This document shows, piece by piece, positions 62,976 through 64,000 of a DNA stretch of 64,000 nucleotides. Made by a program: the position numbers and the translations under genes. Below the pieces are notes generated by a model, which saw only the letters and a list, made by a program, of their open reading frames with translations, had not been told where the DNA came from and searched no databases. This DNA is from Candidatus Marinacidobacterales bacterium (GTDB taxonomy: Bacteria > Acidobacteriota > Vicinamibacteria > Marinacidobacterales > SMYC01), in NCBI GenBank assembly GCA_965237955.1, contig OZ250169.1, positions 224,001 to 288,000 of the forward strand. The letters run 5' to 3'. The first letter of the stretch is position 1; each line of letters begins with the position of its first letter.

Positions 62976-63527
62976 GTGGCCGCTCTCGGGCTCGACTGCC
63001 GCGTCGTGGTGCGTGCAGACGCCGCTGCTCATCACGCGCAGATCGTGGCCTTTCTGGTGCGAAGGACGCGCCATAGCTATCAGGCCGCGACGGCGGTCGC
63101 GATTGCCCTTTCCTTCCCCATCCCGTTGCCCTATACGTGGTGGACGGCGCAGATGGACAACCATTTTCGCATCGCCACGGAGCCTGTTCCCGGCGACATC
63201 CTTCGCCTCACGGACTGGATTCGGCGCGAGAGCGACGGCGTTTTTCTCGTGGCCGGCGATCTCTTTCAGTGGATCCCTACCTACTCCGGCCGACGGACGC
63301 TCATTGCTCCCGCGGATGTTCTCGCGGGGGCTGCCCGGTTTCACCTTGGACGCGCAAGCTGCGAATGTGGTTCCGGAGGTCGTGGACTACATTGTCTGAG
63401 ATCCAGAAATGACGGCCGCCGCCGCGACGAACCGCCTCGTGCTCGAGGCCCTTCCGGATTGGAGGCTCGAATATCGCGACGGGCACCTACACGTCAATGG
63501 AAGAAACCGAGGCGGAGATGGCGAGTA
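62976..63527 (+). pseudogene. C-terminal fragment of a fourth AftA-like membrane paralog
   Basis: PYTWWTAQMDNHFRIATEPVP...DWIR...WIPTYSGRRTL matches the C-terminal motif of 39006 and 27986; frameshifted afterwards. Confidence 0.72.
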
Positions 63528-63634
63528 GCGTCTTGTCGAGAGTATCGGGCGAGGCCCGCTCATCGAGATGAGCGCTCGTCGAGGGCGGCCTCGTGTGCGA
63601 TAGGGAAGCTGGGCTCTAGACCGTGCCGTCCAGA

Positions 63635-64000
63635 ATGGTGTTCTCGCGCGACGTTCTCAAGCTCGTGGCCAACTTGTTGCTCCTCGACGCTTTCAATCAG
63701 GGGTTGCTAATCGTCATTGCATTCGGGACGATTCTCTATCTCGGCGTCGACTACTTCGGCGTTGTTCAATATTTCACCGCGGTCGGCGCCTTCCCCGGTG
63801 CCTTTTACAACCATTTTACGCTAACGATACGACGGTTCGCGCCCGTGGATGAAACCCGTTTGCAGGCAGAAATTTTCCTTTCCAGTTTGCTGTTCCAGGT
63901 GGCGATCGCGTTCGGCATTGTGTCGCTTGCTTTTTTGGGGTTTTCGATTTTCCCCGCAACGAGGTTTTGGAAAATCGAGCATTCTCTGACGGACCCACAG
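63635..64000 (+). CDS. Probable Wzx-like oligosaccharide flippase, N-terminus running off the window
   Basis: Open frame MVFSRDVLKLVANLLLL...YLGVDYFGVVQY...TIRRF with hydrophobic helices; absent from the ORF track because there is no stop in the window. Confidence 0.55.
   Translation, partial: MVFSRDVLKLVANLLLLDAFNQGLLIVIAFGTILYLGVDYFGVVQYFTAVGAFPGAFYNHFTLTIRRFAPVDETRLQAEIFLSSLLFQVAIAFGIVSLAFLGFSIFPATRFWKIEHSLTDPQ

Overview
A GC-rich bacterial surface-glycan locus that is heavily eroded and shuffled by mobile DNA. The glycan genes include three GT2 polyprenol-phosphate-sugar-synthase-like enzymes (one next to DUF2304), about seven intact or frameshifted GT4s plus many GT4 fragments, two AsnB-type amidotransferases, about ten class I SAM methyltransferases or fragments, WecB, an NAD-dependent epimerase/dehydratase, a sulfotransferase-like gene, two frameshifted ArnT/PMT-like GT-C genes and a probable flippase at the right edge. 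Four paralogous polytopic membrane proteins (two complete, two partial) have a first-loop motif that recalls AftA-type GT-C arabinofuranosyltransferases. Mobile DNA includes an 806-bp IS6 (three intact copies, one split by IS256, one internally deleted, one orphan end), two IS5/IS903-group elements (one in tandem), an intact IS3 with a 4-bp TSD inside a group II intron whose RT ORF is deleted, a group IIC intron 5' fragment, IS21 remnants, rve-integrase element remnants, and a DUF2924 plus large serine recombinase unit. The best candidate for an undescribed system is the repeated MTase/GT2/AsnB/GT-C glycan-tailoring module built around the AftA-like paralog family. The oddest DNA-level event is a 183-bp internal piece of the intron copied into a GT4 gene. 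I saw no rRNA, tRNA or CRISPR array. All product calls come from motif recognition; no database searches were run.
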